Notes under the pieces: generated by a model
What the model was told of the DNA's origin: nothing
The model's database searches: none
What the model saw: only the letters and a program-made list of their open reading frames with translations
Assembly: GCA_965218095.1 (NCBI GenBank)
Contig: OZ244587.1
Location: 5,856,001-5,920,000, forward strand
Source: Candidatus Poribacteria bacterium
GTDB taxonomy: Bacteria; Poribacteria; WGA-4E; PCPOR2b
Length of the DNA stretch: 64,000 nt
Direction of reading: 5' to 3'
Position numbers and translations under genes: made by a program
In this document: piece after piece, positions 29,136 to 39,308 of the stretch
Layout of the letters: every line of letters begins with the position of its first letter
Numbering within the stretch: the first letter of the stretch is position 1

Positions 29136-30089
29136 TCATTCCCGCTTCTGCCATTCCCTTGCCAAACGCTGAGCTTCGGCAATTTGAGCGGGAGTCATTT
29201 TTTCGGCAAGAATGTTACGGTAGACTTGACCCAATGTATATCCTTGTGCTACGGCGAGGTTGTACCACATGTGTGCTCTGGCATAATCTTGAATTACTTT
29301 TTCGCCTTCATCATACATTTTAGCGAGATCCCAAAACGCCTGTCCATTAAACGAATCCCGTGATTCGGTAGCTTTGCGATACCACTTGCTTGCTTCGTTA
29401 TAGTTCTGTACGGTGCCCTCAAGTGTTTCATACTTACCTGTTTCATACATTCTACCAAGATCGATTTGGGCTACGTAATAGCCCCGTTCGGCAGCCTTAC
29501 GATACCACTTGCTCGCCTCCCGATTGCTTTTAGATCCACCTTTGCCACTTTCGTACATTTCACCAAGACGATGTTGAGCCCAAGTGACGCGAGCGTGAGG
29601 AAAATCATAGTTGTTTTCTTGTTCAGCGGCTTTGCGATACCATTTTCTTGCTTGACTGTAATCACGAACAGTTCCCTCGCCAGATTCATATATTGCACCA
29701 AGATCGTATTGAGAAAATAGAGATCCTTGCTTGGCAGCTTTGCGATACCATTTAACTGCCTCCTCGTTGTCCTGAACAACGCCCCGGCCCATTCGATACC
29801 AGTAGCCAAGAGTAGTTTGGGCTTCGGCATAGTCTTGTTCAGCGGATTTATGCAACCATTTGACTGCAGCTTTATGAATCGCAAACCGATAACTATATAC
29901 CAGACTAAGTTCATATTGAGCCTCTGCATTACCTCCTTTGGCAAGAGGTAGCCATTCCTTTATGGCTGTTTCGTAATCTCCTCGCTCATAAGCGTCTTTG
30001 CCTTTCTGAAGATCTGCTAACGCCGATTTTATTGGAAGTAAACACACTATTAGAATGAGAATGAGGTTTCTGAGTTTTGGGTAAAACAT
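29136..30089 (-). CDS. Sel1-repeat secreted protein
   Basis: Repeated KWYRKAAEQG; signal peptide. Confidence 0.9.
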   Translation of the reverse strand: MFYPKLRNLILILIVCLLPIKSALADLQKGKDAYERGDYETAIKEWLPLAKGGNAEAQYELSLVYSYRFAIHKAAVKWLHKSAEQDYAEAQTTLGYWYRMGRGVVQDNEEAVKWYRKAAKQGSLFSQYDLGAIYESGEGTVRDYSQARKWYRKAAEQENNYDFPHARVTWAQHRLGEMYESGKGGSKSNREASKWYRKAAERGYYVAQIDLGRMYETGKYETLEGTVQNYNEASKWYRKATESRDSFNGQAFWDLAKMYDEGEKVIQDYARAHMWYNLAVAQGYTLGQVYRNILAEKMTPAQIAEAQRLAREWQKRE

Positions 30090-30189
30090 TGTATTTCCTC
30101 CTTTTGGTTTTATCCTTTCCTGTTTCTGTTTTAAGCCCATAACTACCTATCTCAATTTGAAATATATAGAAATCAGATTTATCGAAAAA

Positions 30190-30852
30190 CTACACACCCA
30201 GACTCGCCTTGGCGCGTTGAATCTCACTCCATAAGTGATGAGTTGCGGCAACTGGATCCGTTTGTGCACAAACGGCTGAAATGACAGCGATTCCGTGGGC
30301 ACCAGCGCAGATAACTTCGTATGCAGTTTCAGCCGTAATACCACCGATGGCAACGACAGGACACTGTGCAATTTCGCACATCCGTCGCAACGCTTCCAGA
30401 CCCTTTGGCAGTTCCGCATCCGGTTTGGAAGAGGTCTGATAGATGGGACCGAACCCGATGTAATCTGCCCCTGCAGAAATGGCTTCTAGGATCTTCTCCT
30501 CCGTCCGCGCAGAAGCCCCAATAATCATTTCCGGTGGAAGGATTCGCCGTCCAACCGCAATTGGTAGATCATCCTGTCCAAAATGGGCACCCGCTGCTCC
30601 GACAGCGAGGGCGATATCCGCACGATCGTTGACAATCAAGGAAACCCCATGCTCCGCACAAACAGCTTGCACCGCCTGTGCGGATTCGACCAGTTCGCGT
30701 GTACTTTCATCCTTCTGACGAAACTGGATGGTGTCGGCACCGCCCCCAATCGCCATTTTTGCTAACTGTGCGCGTGTAAACCGCGATTGGATGGTTGTAT
30801 CGGTGATAACGTGCAATACACCAATTTTTTTCATACCGGAGCTTATTTCCAT
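30190..30852 (-). CDS. thiE: Thiamine-phosphate synthase
   Basis: QFRQK, LIVNDR, HFGQDD, AIGGI. Confidence 0.93.
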   Translation of the reverse strand: MEISSGMKKIGVLHVITDTTIQSRFTRAQLAKMAIGGGADTIQFRQKDESTRELVESAQAVQAVCAEHGVSLIVNDRADIALAVGAAGAHFGQDDLPIAVGRRILPPEMIIGASARTEEKILEAISAGADYIGFGPIYQTSSKPDAELPKGLEALRRMCEIAQCPVVAIGGITAETAYEVICAGAHGIAVISAVCAQTDPVAATHHLWSEIQRAKASLGV

Positions 30853-30980
30853 TTTGTTGGTGAAAAAGGCTGTAGTGTGGATTCAGAACTGGAATCCTTA
30901 TTTTGAGATGCGCAAATATTCTCTTTCATAACAGACATCGAAAGTTCGGTGCTATTTTGTTTCTGTTTTGTTGTTTGTGA

Positions 30981-31757
30981 CTATAACTGGGGTTTTTGTT
31001 CTGATTTCGCACACCCGACGATTTCTGCTATTCTGAGTTCATACATCACCAACGCCACGCCCACAATCGCGGCGGTCTCCGTGCGCAAAATGTTGCCGCC
31101 GAGTGTTACAGGTAGGCACCCCTTTTGAAGCGCCAACTCGACCTCTTTGTCTGAAAATCCGCCCTCGGGACCAATAAAAAGCCCAATCGATTCTGCCGTT
31201 TGATGACTTCGTAACACTTCTTTGAGCCCTCGCCCGTCTTTGTTTTCCCACAAGAGGATTAACAAATTGAGATTCGTCGCTCGTTCAAGACACACCTCCA
31301 TCCGCTGAGGGGCAAGCACTTTGGCGAATTGAGGGCGTTTACACTGTTTGGCGCTTTCGTTTGCAATGCGCTGCCAACGGACTGTCCGTTTTTTCTCGGC
31401 AACCTCTGTGCGTTTCGGAATCGAGCGGCGACAAATCATCGGCGCAATTTTAACCACACCAATTTCCGTCGTTTTCTGCACGATGAGATCTAGTTTGTCG
31501 AATTTTGGTAAGCCCTGGAAAAGTGTGATATACGGCGGGGTTAGCGGATGAAATTGGCGCTCCAAGATTTTCGCTTGTAGAAGGGGAGAGCACATATCAC
31601 AAAGCATAGCGATATAACTGTTGCCTTCCCCATCAAAGACCTGAACTGGATCGCCGGGCTTCAGGCGCAGCACATTGAGCAGGTGATGCCGCTCCGATTC
31701 ACCAATGTAGATGGTATCTTTGGAGATTTGCGTGGGAGGAACGTAGCAACTGTGCAT
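30981..31757 (-). CDS. rsmE: 16S rRNA m3U1498 methyltransferase
   Basis: HHLLNVLR, QKTTEIGV, IGPEGG, ILRTETA. Confidence 0.95.
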   Translation of the reverse strand: MHSCYVPPTQISKDTIYIGESERHHLLNVLRLKPGDPVQVFDGEGNSYIAMLCDMCSPLLQAKILERQFHPLTPPYITLFQGLPKFDKLDLIVQKTTEIGVVKIAPMICRRSIPKRTEVAEKKRTVRWQRIANESAKQCKRPQFAKVLAPQRMEVCLERATNLNLLILLWENKDGRGLKEVLRSHQTAESIGLFIGPEGGFSDKEVELALQKGCLPVTLGGNILRTETAAIVGVALVMYELRIAEIVGCAKSEQKPQL

Positions 31758-31760
31758 CGG

Positions 31761-32438
31761 CTACCCACCTGACGAAGCTGCTTGTCGTAAAGCGCTGATC
31801 GCACCCCGGAGATCATCACTCCCAAAAATCGCCGTGCCCGCCACCAAAATTGTCGCCCCACAATGCCCCACTAACGCGGCGGTCTCCTTGTTGATTCCGC
31901 CATCGACCTCAATCTCAGCGTTCATTTTCTGAGCTTGGATCAGTTCCCACAAGCGCGTGATCTTGTCAAGTGTACTCATTTGGAACGATTGCCCACCGAA
32001 GCCGGGTTCGACGCTCATCGGCAGAACAAGGTCAACATCGGACAGATGCGGTTCAACCGCTGAGAATGGTGTCTGTGGGCGCAGAGCGATGCCAGCCTTC
32101 ACACCACGACTCTTGATCTGGTCGATAAATTTGGACAACTCGCCATCAACCTCAATATGCACAGTAATCAGATCCGCGCCGGCATCTGCGAATGCATCAA
32201 TATAATCCTGCGGATGGGTGAGCATCAGATGCACATCGAATGGGAGTTCCGTATAGCTCCGGATGGACTTAATAAGCTGTGGCCCCATTGTCAGATTCGG
32301 GACGAAATGCCCATCCATCACATCAAGATGGATGAGATTCGCCCCCGCTCCAGCAACTCGACAAACCTCCTCACCCAGCCGACTAAAATCCGCTGCAAGC
32401 ATTGATGGGGCGATTTTAATCTCTCGTTCCATTACCAA
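31761..32438 (-). CDS. rpe: Ribulose-phosphate 3-epimerase
   Basis: APSMLAADF, HLDVMDGHFVPN, MSVEPGFGGQ, VDGG. Confidence 0.96.
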   Translation of the reverse strand: MVMEREIKIAPSMLAADFSRLGEEVCRVAGAGANLIHLDVMDGHFVPNLTMGPQLIKSIRSYTELPFDVHLMLTHPQDYIDAFADAGADLITVHIEVDGELSKFIDQIKSRGVKAGIALRPQTPFSAVEPHLSDVDLVLPMSVEPGFGGQSFQMSTLDKITRLWELIQAQKMNAEIEVDGGINKETAALVGHCGATILVAGTAIFGSDDLRGAISALRQAASSGG

Positions 32439-33415
32439 TCGAATCCCTCCGTTTTGACCAGCATTCTATCTTCATAAACGCGCATTGTTGCTTTACCCAA
32501 AACCCTTAGCGACGGCTTTTCGATGAGCATACCGGACTGATATAAATCATTGACAACCTCAATCCGCTTTGTGCGCTCATCCTCAACAATGATTCGTACA
32601 CTCTTGTAAGGTGCACCGGTTGAGGAAACGCGATATTTTACCTGCACCACACACCCTTTATCGGGTTGGCTTCTACGGGAACCGCTAATCTCAAGATTAA
32701 CCACCTGTCCGACTGGAATCAGTTCACCTGCAGCGGGCTGATGATTGATAATCAATCCCTGGTTAATCTCCGGATGCGGCTTGTACGCTTCTTCACCGAT
32801 TTTGAGACCGTGTGATTCGAGTAAAGCAGGCACCGCATCGATTGGCATACGGCGCAGGTCCGGCATCCGCAGCACTTTTGAACGCACACCCAGACTCAAT
32901 AGTAGGTGAACGGACGCACCTCGCTGATATATGGTACCTGCCCGGGGTGTTTGCGCGATAACGGTATTGACCTCTGGATACCGATCGGCGTGGACTGCCG
33001 CAACGCGCCCCTTTCGAAATCCAGTGTCTTTGAGGGTGGCCTCCGCATCGTTCACGAGGCGCCCTGCAATATCCGGTACAATGACCGCCTCGTTACCCAT
33101 GCTCAAAGTCAGTCGAACCGGCTTATTCAACTTAATTTTGAAATTCGCCGGGGGCTCCTGGGCCATAACATATCCCTTCGGGATGTCTGGGCTTGGTTCC
33201 TTTTTAATAGCGGTATCGAGTTGAAGTCCAGCACGGCTGATGAGTTGGACTGCGCCCCGGTAGTTTTGCCCCACTAGGTTCGGGATAGCCACTTCTGGAG
33301 TGCGGACCTGATGGGGGATGACCCAAAAAAGGAAAACCAACCCAATGCCGCTAATCACCACAAGGCAAAGCAGCGCAACTTTGATGATAGCAATTAATAT
33401 GGCATTCAGGCTCAT
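32432..33415 (-). CDS. PASTA domain membrane protein (3 PASTA, no kinase)
   Basis: N-terminal TM; IPNLVG/VPDIAG/MPDL repeats. Confidence 0.85.
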   Translation of the reverse strand: MSLNAILIAIIKVALLCLVVISGIGLVFLFWVIPHQVRTPEVAIPNLVGQNYRGAVQLISRAGLQLDTAIKKEPSPDIPKGYVMAQEPPANFKIKLNKPVRLTLSMGNEAVIVPDIAGRLVNDAEATLKDTGFRKGRVAAVHADRYPEVNTVIAQTPRAGTIYQRGASVHLLLSLGVRSKVLRMPDLRRMPIDAVPALLESHGLKIGEEAYKPHPEINQGLIINHQPAAGELIPVGQVVNLEISGSRRSQPDKGCVVQVKYRVSSTGAPYKSVRIIVEDERTKRIEVVNDLYQSGMLIEKPSLRVLGKATMRVYEDRMLVKTEGFDW

Positions 33416-33422
33416 CTTGGAC

Positions 33423-34403
33423 CTAATGTGTTGGCGTTTTCCTGCGAAAGAGCCAATCGCCGGTTTTCAATCGATACCCATTTAAAAAGGCACGCGCATC
33501 CATTGCTTTTTTGTTTGCGGGTTGAACACGATCTAATCGCAAGGATCCCTTCCCACACAAGACAATAAGCTCCCTGGAAGACGTGATCTGAATCGTACCG
33601 CTAGGGACATCCGCCGGATGCGGATAATCGACGTCGGCACACGCAATTATCTTCAAACGGAGATCATTAGGCATAGAGGTCGGGCTTGTCCCTACCCATG
33701 TATACGCGCCAGGCCAAATCGATGTGCCACGCACTAAATTACCAATCCGATCCGCTGGCTGTTCCCAGTCAATCTGTCCGATCTCTTTGGTTAGTCGAGG
33801 GGCATGGGTCGCCTTCGCATGATTTTGAGGCCGGTGCGGTGGCAGTCCCTCTGAGGCATGCGCTAACGCTTGAATCAACAGGGAAGGCGCTAAATTCGCC
33901 AGTCGATCCGAGAGCGCAGCGGCATTATCCTGGTTGTTAATTGGAACGCGCTTTTGCAGGACGATATCCCCTGTATCTTCTCCTTCATCCAGCAGCATGA
34001 TGGTAATGCCCGTTTCCGTCTCCCCGTTAATGAGCGCCCATTGAATCGGGGCGGCGCCTCGATATTTCGGAAGGAAAGAGGGATGTACATTGAGGCAGCC
34101 ACAGGGAGGGAGCGTCAGCACCAATTTGGGAAGAATCTGACCAAAAGCAGCGACAACAATTGCGTCGGGCTGAAGCGCTCTGAGGACATGAACGAAGTTG
34201 CGATGCCGCACCTTTTCCGGCTGATAAATCGGTATATTGTGTTCAGCAGCCACAATTTTAACGGGTGGGGGCGTAAGTTGCTTGCCTCGACCGCCTGGTC
34301 GATCCGGCTGCGTCACAACGCCAATCAGATCGAAACCCGCAGGAACGAGCTTTTCTAAGCTCGGAACAGCAAATTCGCTTGTGCCCATGAAAAGAATCTT
34401 CAT
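33423..34403 (-). CDS. fmt: Methionyl-tRNA formyltransferase
   Basis: FMGTSEFA, NVHPSFLPKYRGAAPIQ. Confidence 0.96.
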   Translation of the reverse strand: MKILFMGTSEFAVPSLEKLVPAGFDLIGVVTQPDRPGGRGKQLTPPPVKIVAAEHNIPIYQPEKVRHRNFVHVLRALQPDAIVVAAFGQILPKLVLTLPPCGCLNVHPSFLPKYRGAAPIQWALINGETETGITIMLLDEGEDTGDIVLQKRVPINNQDNAAALSDRLANLAPSLLIQALAHASEGLPPHRPQNHAKATHAPRLTKEIGQIDWEQPADRIGNLVRGTSIWPGAYTWVGTSPTSMPNDLRLKIIACADVDYPHPADVPSGTIQITSSRELIVLCGKGSLRLDRVQPANKKAMDARAFLNGYRLKTGDWLFRRKTPTH

Positions 34404-34912
34404 CTTTCAATCACCGTTTTTGTGGTGGAATCAGGCCGAGATTCAAGCAACTCTTGGTCATCAGGGATAAGCCGATCGATAAAGAGAACCCCGTCGAGGT
34501 GGTCAATTTCATGCTGTAAGACCCGTGCCATCAAGCCACTCGCATCAAACTCAACTTTGTCGCCATTCGATAGCAGTCCCTCCACCTTTACGGTCGCCGC
34601 TCGTCGCACGATTCCCCGTTCGTCCGGCAAACTCAGACAGCCTTCCTCACCGAGTTCTTCGCCTACCGCCATTGTAATCGTTGGATTAATCAACGCGATC
34701 TGAGGGTGCTCCGAGTGGTGTTTCTCGATGTCAATCACGATTAGCCTTTTGGACACTCCAACCTGTGGTGCTGCCAGACCGATCCCTTGCGCCTCATACA
34801 TCGTTTCAAACATATCCTTGATGAGTTGAAGCAAATCGGCGTCGATTTCTTGAACAGAAGGCGCCTTTTGTCGTAAAACAGGAGCGGTGCCGATTTGAAT
34901 TTCTAGTGCCAT
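34400..34912 (-). CDS. def: Peptide deformylase
   Basis: GIGLAAPQ, EGCLS, QHEIDHLDG. Confidence 0.97.
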   Translation of the reverse strand: MALEIQIGTAPVLRQKAPSVQEIDADLLQLIKDMFETMYEAQGIGLAAPQVGVSKRLIVIDIEKHHSEHPQIALINPTITMAVGEELGEEGCLSLPDERGIVRRAATVKVEGLLSNGDKVEFDASGLMARVLQHEIDHLDGVLFIDRLIPDDQELLESRPDSTTKTVIER

Positions 34913-35250
34913 AACGTAGAACGTGAAACCCCAACAGATCGGGGCAGGCTGTGATGAGTGAAACGTGATAAACCTATAAGCCTAAAAGCAAAGGCGAACC
35001 AGTTGATTTAACTGTTGGTGGTATTTGAAAGCTTAACCAGCACACCTGCTTCTTTTAACCGTTCACCATTGGCTCTCTGCAGGATGAGATCGCCGGTTAA
35101 TATACGATTAAGTTCCTGAACCTCTTTTCCATAAGTTGAAATCGAGGCTATTATGAATTGCTGCATCCTTCGCCCCGAGCAGCTCACGTGCCATTGACCG
35201 TAAGAAGTTTTGAATTAGACCGAGAATTCCTTGGAAGTAACATAAGCTCA

Positions 35251-35745
35251 TTAAAAGCGAAAGTGAACAAGTGGAATAACAAGCCCATCTGGCTCATCGG
35301 GCTCCCAATCATTCTGCCCAACTTCCCGAGAAGGCGACTGGGGTGAATTGGGAATACGTTGAGGCGAGGTGGGCATAAGTTGTTCCGAACGATCCTTGTC
35401 GTGCGTATGCAGCCAATCCCAGAATCCGATAAATAGGGCAAGCGATACCGCAGATGCCCCGATAATCTTAAAATCTTTCCCCGATAGTTCGGGAGCGAAT
35501 TGGTTCTGTCGGATCATCTGGACACCACGTACACCCAGAAAACTGTGAATCGCTGTGAACGGCAGGGAAATGAAGGTGACAATTTCAAAGCGACGTAACC
35601 CACTTTCATGGTAAACCTCCTCCTGCCGATGGGCAGGTAGCGTATCTTCCGAATCTCGCTGATATTGGGCGGAAACGTTGGTGACAACCATTGCAGTTAA
35701 AATCAGCATGGTGAGCAATTTAGTTTTCGATCTGTTTCGCTTCAT
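35251..35745 (-). CDS. Hypothetical membrane protein
   Basis: Signal peptide plus TM segments; overlaps lspA end; RBS GAGGAG. Confidence 0.65.
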   Translation of the reverse strand: MKRNRSKTKLLTMLILTAMVVTNVSAQYQRDSEDTLPAHRQEEVYHESGLRRFEIVTFISLPFTAIHSFLGVRGVQMIRQNQFAPELSGKDFKIIGASAVSLALFIGFWDWLHTHDKDRSEQLMPTSPQRIPNSPQSPSREVGQNDWEPDEPDGLVIPLVHFRF

Positions 35746-36217
35746 CGTAATCTCCTCGCTGATAAAACAGATGAACCATGAGCATTCCAGCTCCGATACA
35801 AACCGCGACATCGGCAGCATTAAAAGTGGGCCACCAGAAGCCGGGCAGTCGAAATTGAAGAAAGTCCGTGACTTCGCCAAGGCGGATGCGGTCTATAAAG
35901 TTGCCGAGCGCACCACCGAGCAGAAAACCGAGTGCAATCTTCATCCACAAACTCTCACGGAAACGCTTGTAATAAAAGAAAATAAATCCAATTGCAAGGA
36001 GTGAGATAATAATCAGTAGCAGGTTTTGCCCGCGCATCAATCCAAAGGCAGCCCCATCGTTTGTATCATGACGCAGGTTAAATATGCCTTTAATGATGAC
36101 GTGTTGACCATGGAGTGGGATATTTTGTTGAATCAACCACTTAGTCAATTGATCCACAAATAACATAGGCAAAGCAACACTAAATAGGGGGATAATAGAC
36201 CTGAGAACTTTCTGCAT
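35720..36217 (-). CDS. lspA: Lipoprotein signal peptidase II
   Basis: DQLTK, NDGAAFG, GNFIDR, VTDF, FNAAD. Confidence 0.95.
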   Translation of the reverse strand: MQKVLRSIIPLFSVALPMLFVDQLTKWLIQQNIPLHGQHVIIKGIFNLRHDTNDGAAFGLMRGQNLLLIIISLLAIGFIFFYYKRFRESLWMKIALGFLLGGALGNFIDRIRLGEVTDFLQFRLPGFWWPTFNAADVAVCIGAGMLMVHLFYQRGDYDEAKQIEN

Positions 36218-36308
36218 TTACAATTGTCCTTGTGTGGAATGCGTAAAACGTGATGCGTAAAGCATAAAAAACCTTACGTCTTACGCATCACTCGTTAATC
36301 CTTACTCG

Positions 36309-38780
36309 TTACGTTTTGATTCGCTCATTCATCCAATCGCCTAACAGTTCCTTCCAGCGGGCATCCGCATCTGCGATATGAGGTGCGTTAATCTGGGAAA
36401 CCCAATCTTTCAGAAAAACGCTCGAAAACTCAAACTCACACTCACCTTTGACGCCATCGGAAGATGAGGAAGCGGTGTCTCGTCTCTGGATTAAGGCGTG
36501 GGTTTGTTCGGCAAAAAAAGGGATAATTGGCGCAAACCGTTGTATCAACACACGCGAGAGCTCCCACAGTGCCGTTTGGCCCGATCTTGCTTCTCGTGTT
36601 GCTTTTGCAGCGTTGAACCGATTCTTCAATACTGGCAAGTAAAACTGTTGAAGATCTGATTGGCAGAAGTCTCTTAGCACACACCATGCCTGATGAAAAT
36701 GGCGCTGCTGGTAGGCGAGATCCACGGATTGCAAAACTCGATTTGTAACAGATAACGCCAGTGCATCTAAGGGAAACAGCGTTTCTAAGGCGCGTTTATG
36801 CGCGTCCGGGTTAAAGTTTTCGAGATAACTCAGTATTTCAGCGTATAGCCTTTTAACCGTGTTGTATTCATTCTGACACTGTTGGATGGGAGCCTCCATC
36901 GATGGATGGTCAAAATCAGGATGGATGCCCAGGAGCCGAAGAACATCCTTTGGATATTTATCAATCCAGTTTTCACTTACTTCGGCCGACTGAACATTTG
37001 AACCAACACTTGTCAATTCCATATTCAACGGCGTAGCATCGTGGATCGCAATCGAAGTCAAGATGAACTGGGAAAACCATTTGTGAAATTGATTTGGGTG
37101 AAAAAAGTAAACATTAACAGGCTGGGAATTATTTCCCTTGACCTCGGAATTGTTGATCGCGTTAACAAGAACAGCGAAGCGTCCATCCAGGAGCGTGAAT
37201 TCTTTCCGAAACTCTTTTGCATCACAGTTGGGGCATAAGGTGTTCGGAGGTAACAAATCTTCAGCATTCAACTTGAACCAGATATTGGGGCCACGACGCC
37301 CAACCAAAGCACAGATGGCTTTGAAAATTCTGGGGTCGGAGAGTTGGCACCCACATTTTTCGCACTGAAAAATAGGAATCGGAGCTCCCCAACCTCTGCG
37401 AGATGAAACACATGGATCTGAAAGGTCCCGGATAGTTTGTTGTATCCAATCCCTATCTTCTGGGCTATAGTGCGCCCAATAGTCACCGGAGTCGAGCACA
37501 CGCTGCCTCAAGTGATTACTGTCTAGAGAGAAGCTCCACTGTTGAACAGGGCGGAATAAAGTAGGCGTATCACACATCCAGCAGTGAGGCTGCTGCACCT
37601 CCTCATGCCCTGCATAGACCAGATATCCTCTCTTTTCTAATTCAAAGGCGATGAACTTTCCGACTTCAGAGATTTCAAGTCCACAAAACTGCTCTGAATT
37701 CTGCGTTAGGTGCCCCGTATCATCAATAACAGAAGGGGCCGGGAGTTGCAGCGTTTGTGCAACTTGATAATCGTATGGATGATGTCCAGGCGTCAGATGC
37801 ACCACCCCTGTTGGTGGTGAAAACATCGTTTCCGCATTCAACACACCATCGGGTTGGGAGAGGTCAGGGACAGCAACCACCGGAAGATCTGTCCCCAGAA
37901 ATGGATGGGCACAGGTACAACCCGTTAAAACATCAACTCGACACGTGTCTAATAGATTTATGCCCGTCCGGAGCCCAGCGGGGAATCGGGTGGAGAGGTC
38001 TTCTTCAGCCAGGACAAGGACTGCACTACCAAGCTCAACAATCAAGTATTGGCTGTTTTCCTTCAATCCAATTGCAACGCTTCCCGCAAGATGCCAGAGA
38101 TCCTGAAGCCACACCAGGAAGTAAACGTCCTCACCAAACTCCTCCAAACCTATGCTCACGGGAAATTTCACATATCCTGAATACGCTTGAGCGGGGCGAA
38201 TTTCTATCTCATCTTCATCTAAGATCGTATTACATTTTTGACACCAACAGCCCAATTTTCGATCTTTATCCAGGTAACCCAATGCCCACAATCTACTGAA
38301 AACATTGATAATCTTCGCTTCATCACGTACCTCCAGATTTTTGCTGCTGCTTTTCCAATCCCCAAAAATCCCGAGTGCATGGAGTTGCTGCCATCGGCGA
38401 GCGACTTCATGCTGAAATTCACGTCGACACTGTCGGCGAAATCGCAGTGCATCAAATGTGCCTTTTCTATGCTCCGAATTAAGCGCCTTTCGCTCAACAG
38501 CAGAGGTATAATAATCCCAATGCGGCACGTACTCTACTCCTGCTCCGCGCATCATGTTGACTTTAAGAAAAACATCCTGCTGGATCTTGCCTTTAAGCAT
38601 ATCCAGTTTAAAGTGATGAATGGCAGTGGGCATTTCTCGAAGGATATAGTGTGGCAATCCGGCTCTACGAGCAAATTGGGCATAGATATCGGTCTCTTGC
38701 CAAATTTTCAAAATCCTTTCTTCGGTAAGCAAATGAAAAGTTGGTGAAGCGGATACAGACAAGGTATTTGCTCCGTTCAT
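36309..38780 (-). CDS. IleRS-like class I synthetase homologue lacking HIGH/KMSKS (probable pseudoenzyme)
   Basis: Collinear with IleRS (LGIFGDW, WC..C.T.L, WGAPIP, anticodon domain) but the catalytic motifs are replaced. Confidence 0.85.
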   Translation of the reverse strand: MNGANTLSVSASPTFHLLTEERILKIWQETDIYAQFARRAGLPHYILREMPTAIHHFKLDMLKGKIQQDVFLKVNMMRGAGVEYVPHWDYYTSAVERKALNSEHRKGTFDALRFRRQCRREFQHEVARRWQQLHALGIFGDWKSSSKNLEVRDEAKIINVFSRLWALGYLDKDRKLGCWCQKCNTILDEDEIEIRPAQAYSGYVKFPVSIGLEEFGEDVYFLVWLQDLWHLAGSVAIGLKENSQYLIVELGSAVLVLAEEDLSTRFPAGLRTGINLLDTCRVDVLTGCTCAHPFLGTDLPVVAVPDLSQPDGVLNAETMFSPPTGVVHLTPGHHPYDYQVAQTLQLPAPSVIDDTGHLTQNSEQFCGLEISEVGKFIAFELEKRGYLVYAGHEEVQQPHCWMCDTPTLFRPVQQWSFSLDSNHLRQRVLDSGDYWAHYSPEDRDWIQQTIRDLSDPCVSSRRGWGAPIPIFQCEKCGCQLSDPRIFKAICALVGRRGPNIWFKLNAEDLLPPNTLCPNCDAKEFRKEFTLLDGRFAVLVNAINNSEVKGNNSQPVNVYFFHPNQFHKWFSQFILTSIAIHDATPLNMELTSVGSNVQSAEVSENWIDKYPKDVLRLLGIHPDFDHPSMEAPIQQCQNEYNTVKRLYAEILSYLENFNPDAHKRALETLFPLDALALSVTNRVLQSVDLAYQQRHFHQAWCVLRDFCQSDLQQFYLPVLKNRFNAAKATREARSGQTALWELSRVLIQRFAPIIPFFAEQTHALIQRRDTASSSSDGVKGECEFEFSSVFLKDWVSQINAPHIADADARWKELLGDWMNERIKT

Positions 38781-38807
38781 GATGTGGTGGCTTGGGGTAA
38801 TGCGTTT

Positions 38808-38864
38808 GCTCTAACGAATCGAGCTAGCTCTAACGAATCGAGCTAGCTCTAACGAATCGAGCTA
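38808..38864. repeat. Tandem repeat 19 bp x3
   Basis: GCTCTAACGAATCGAGCTA x3, exact. Confidence 0.95.
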
Positions 38865-39011
38865 TTAGAATCTTAAAATGATGATTTCACTCAAACCTTT
38901 TGCGACTTCAATACCACTATAACTGAGTGCTTCTTGTTGTTCACAACTCTGACTGCAAGCATCCTCAATTATGTCTCAAGGAAAGCGCAATATCCAGCGA
39001 CATCTTTCCTT

Positions 39012-39284
39012 CTACACCTGTATAGCATCCCGTATTACCCACAAAAGCATAATTAAAATAAAAGGTGAAATATCGATACCGAAGCCACGCGTCACTGGAC
39101 TGAGAACGCGACGAATTGGATCTAAGACAGGGTCGACGAACTGATTCGTCATCCAATAGATTTTCCGAACTATCATATTCCTGGAGCTATAAACAAACCA
39201 GGATAATACCGCATTGATGACAACAATCCAAATATAAATCTCAATCGCTCCACGCAATAGCCCTGCTATCGACAATCCATCCAT
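39012..39284 (-). CDS. yggT: YggT family membrane protein
   Basis: LSWF...DPVLDPIRRV...IDISP. Confidence 0.9.
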   Translation of the reverse strand: MDGLSIAGLLRGAIEIYIWIVVINAVLSWFVYSSRNMIVRKIYWMTNQFVDPVLDPIRRVLSPVTRGFGIDISPFILIMLLWVIRDAIQV

Positions 39285-39308
39285 AATCCAGATTCCTTCC
39301 CAATGTTG

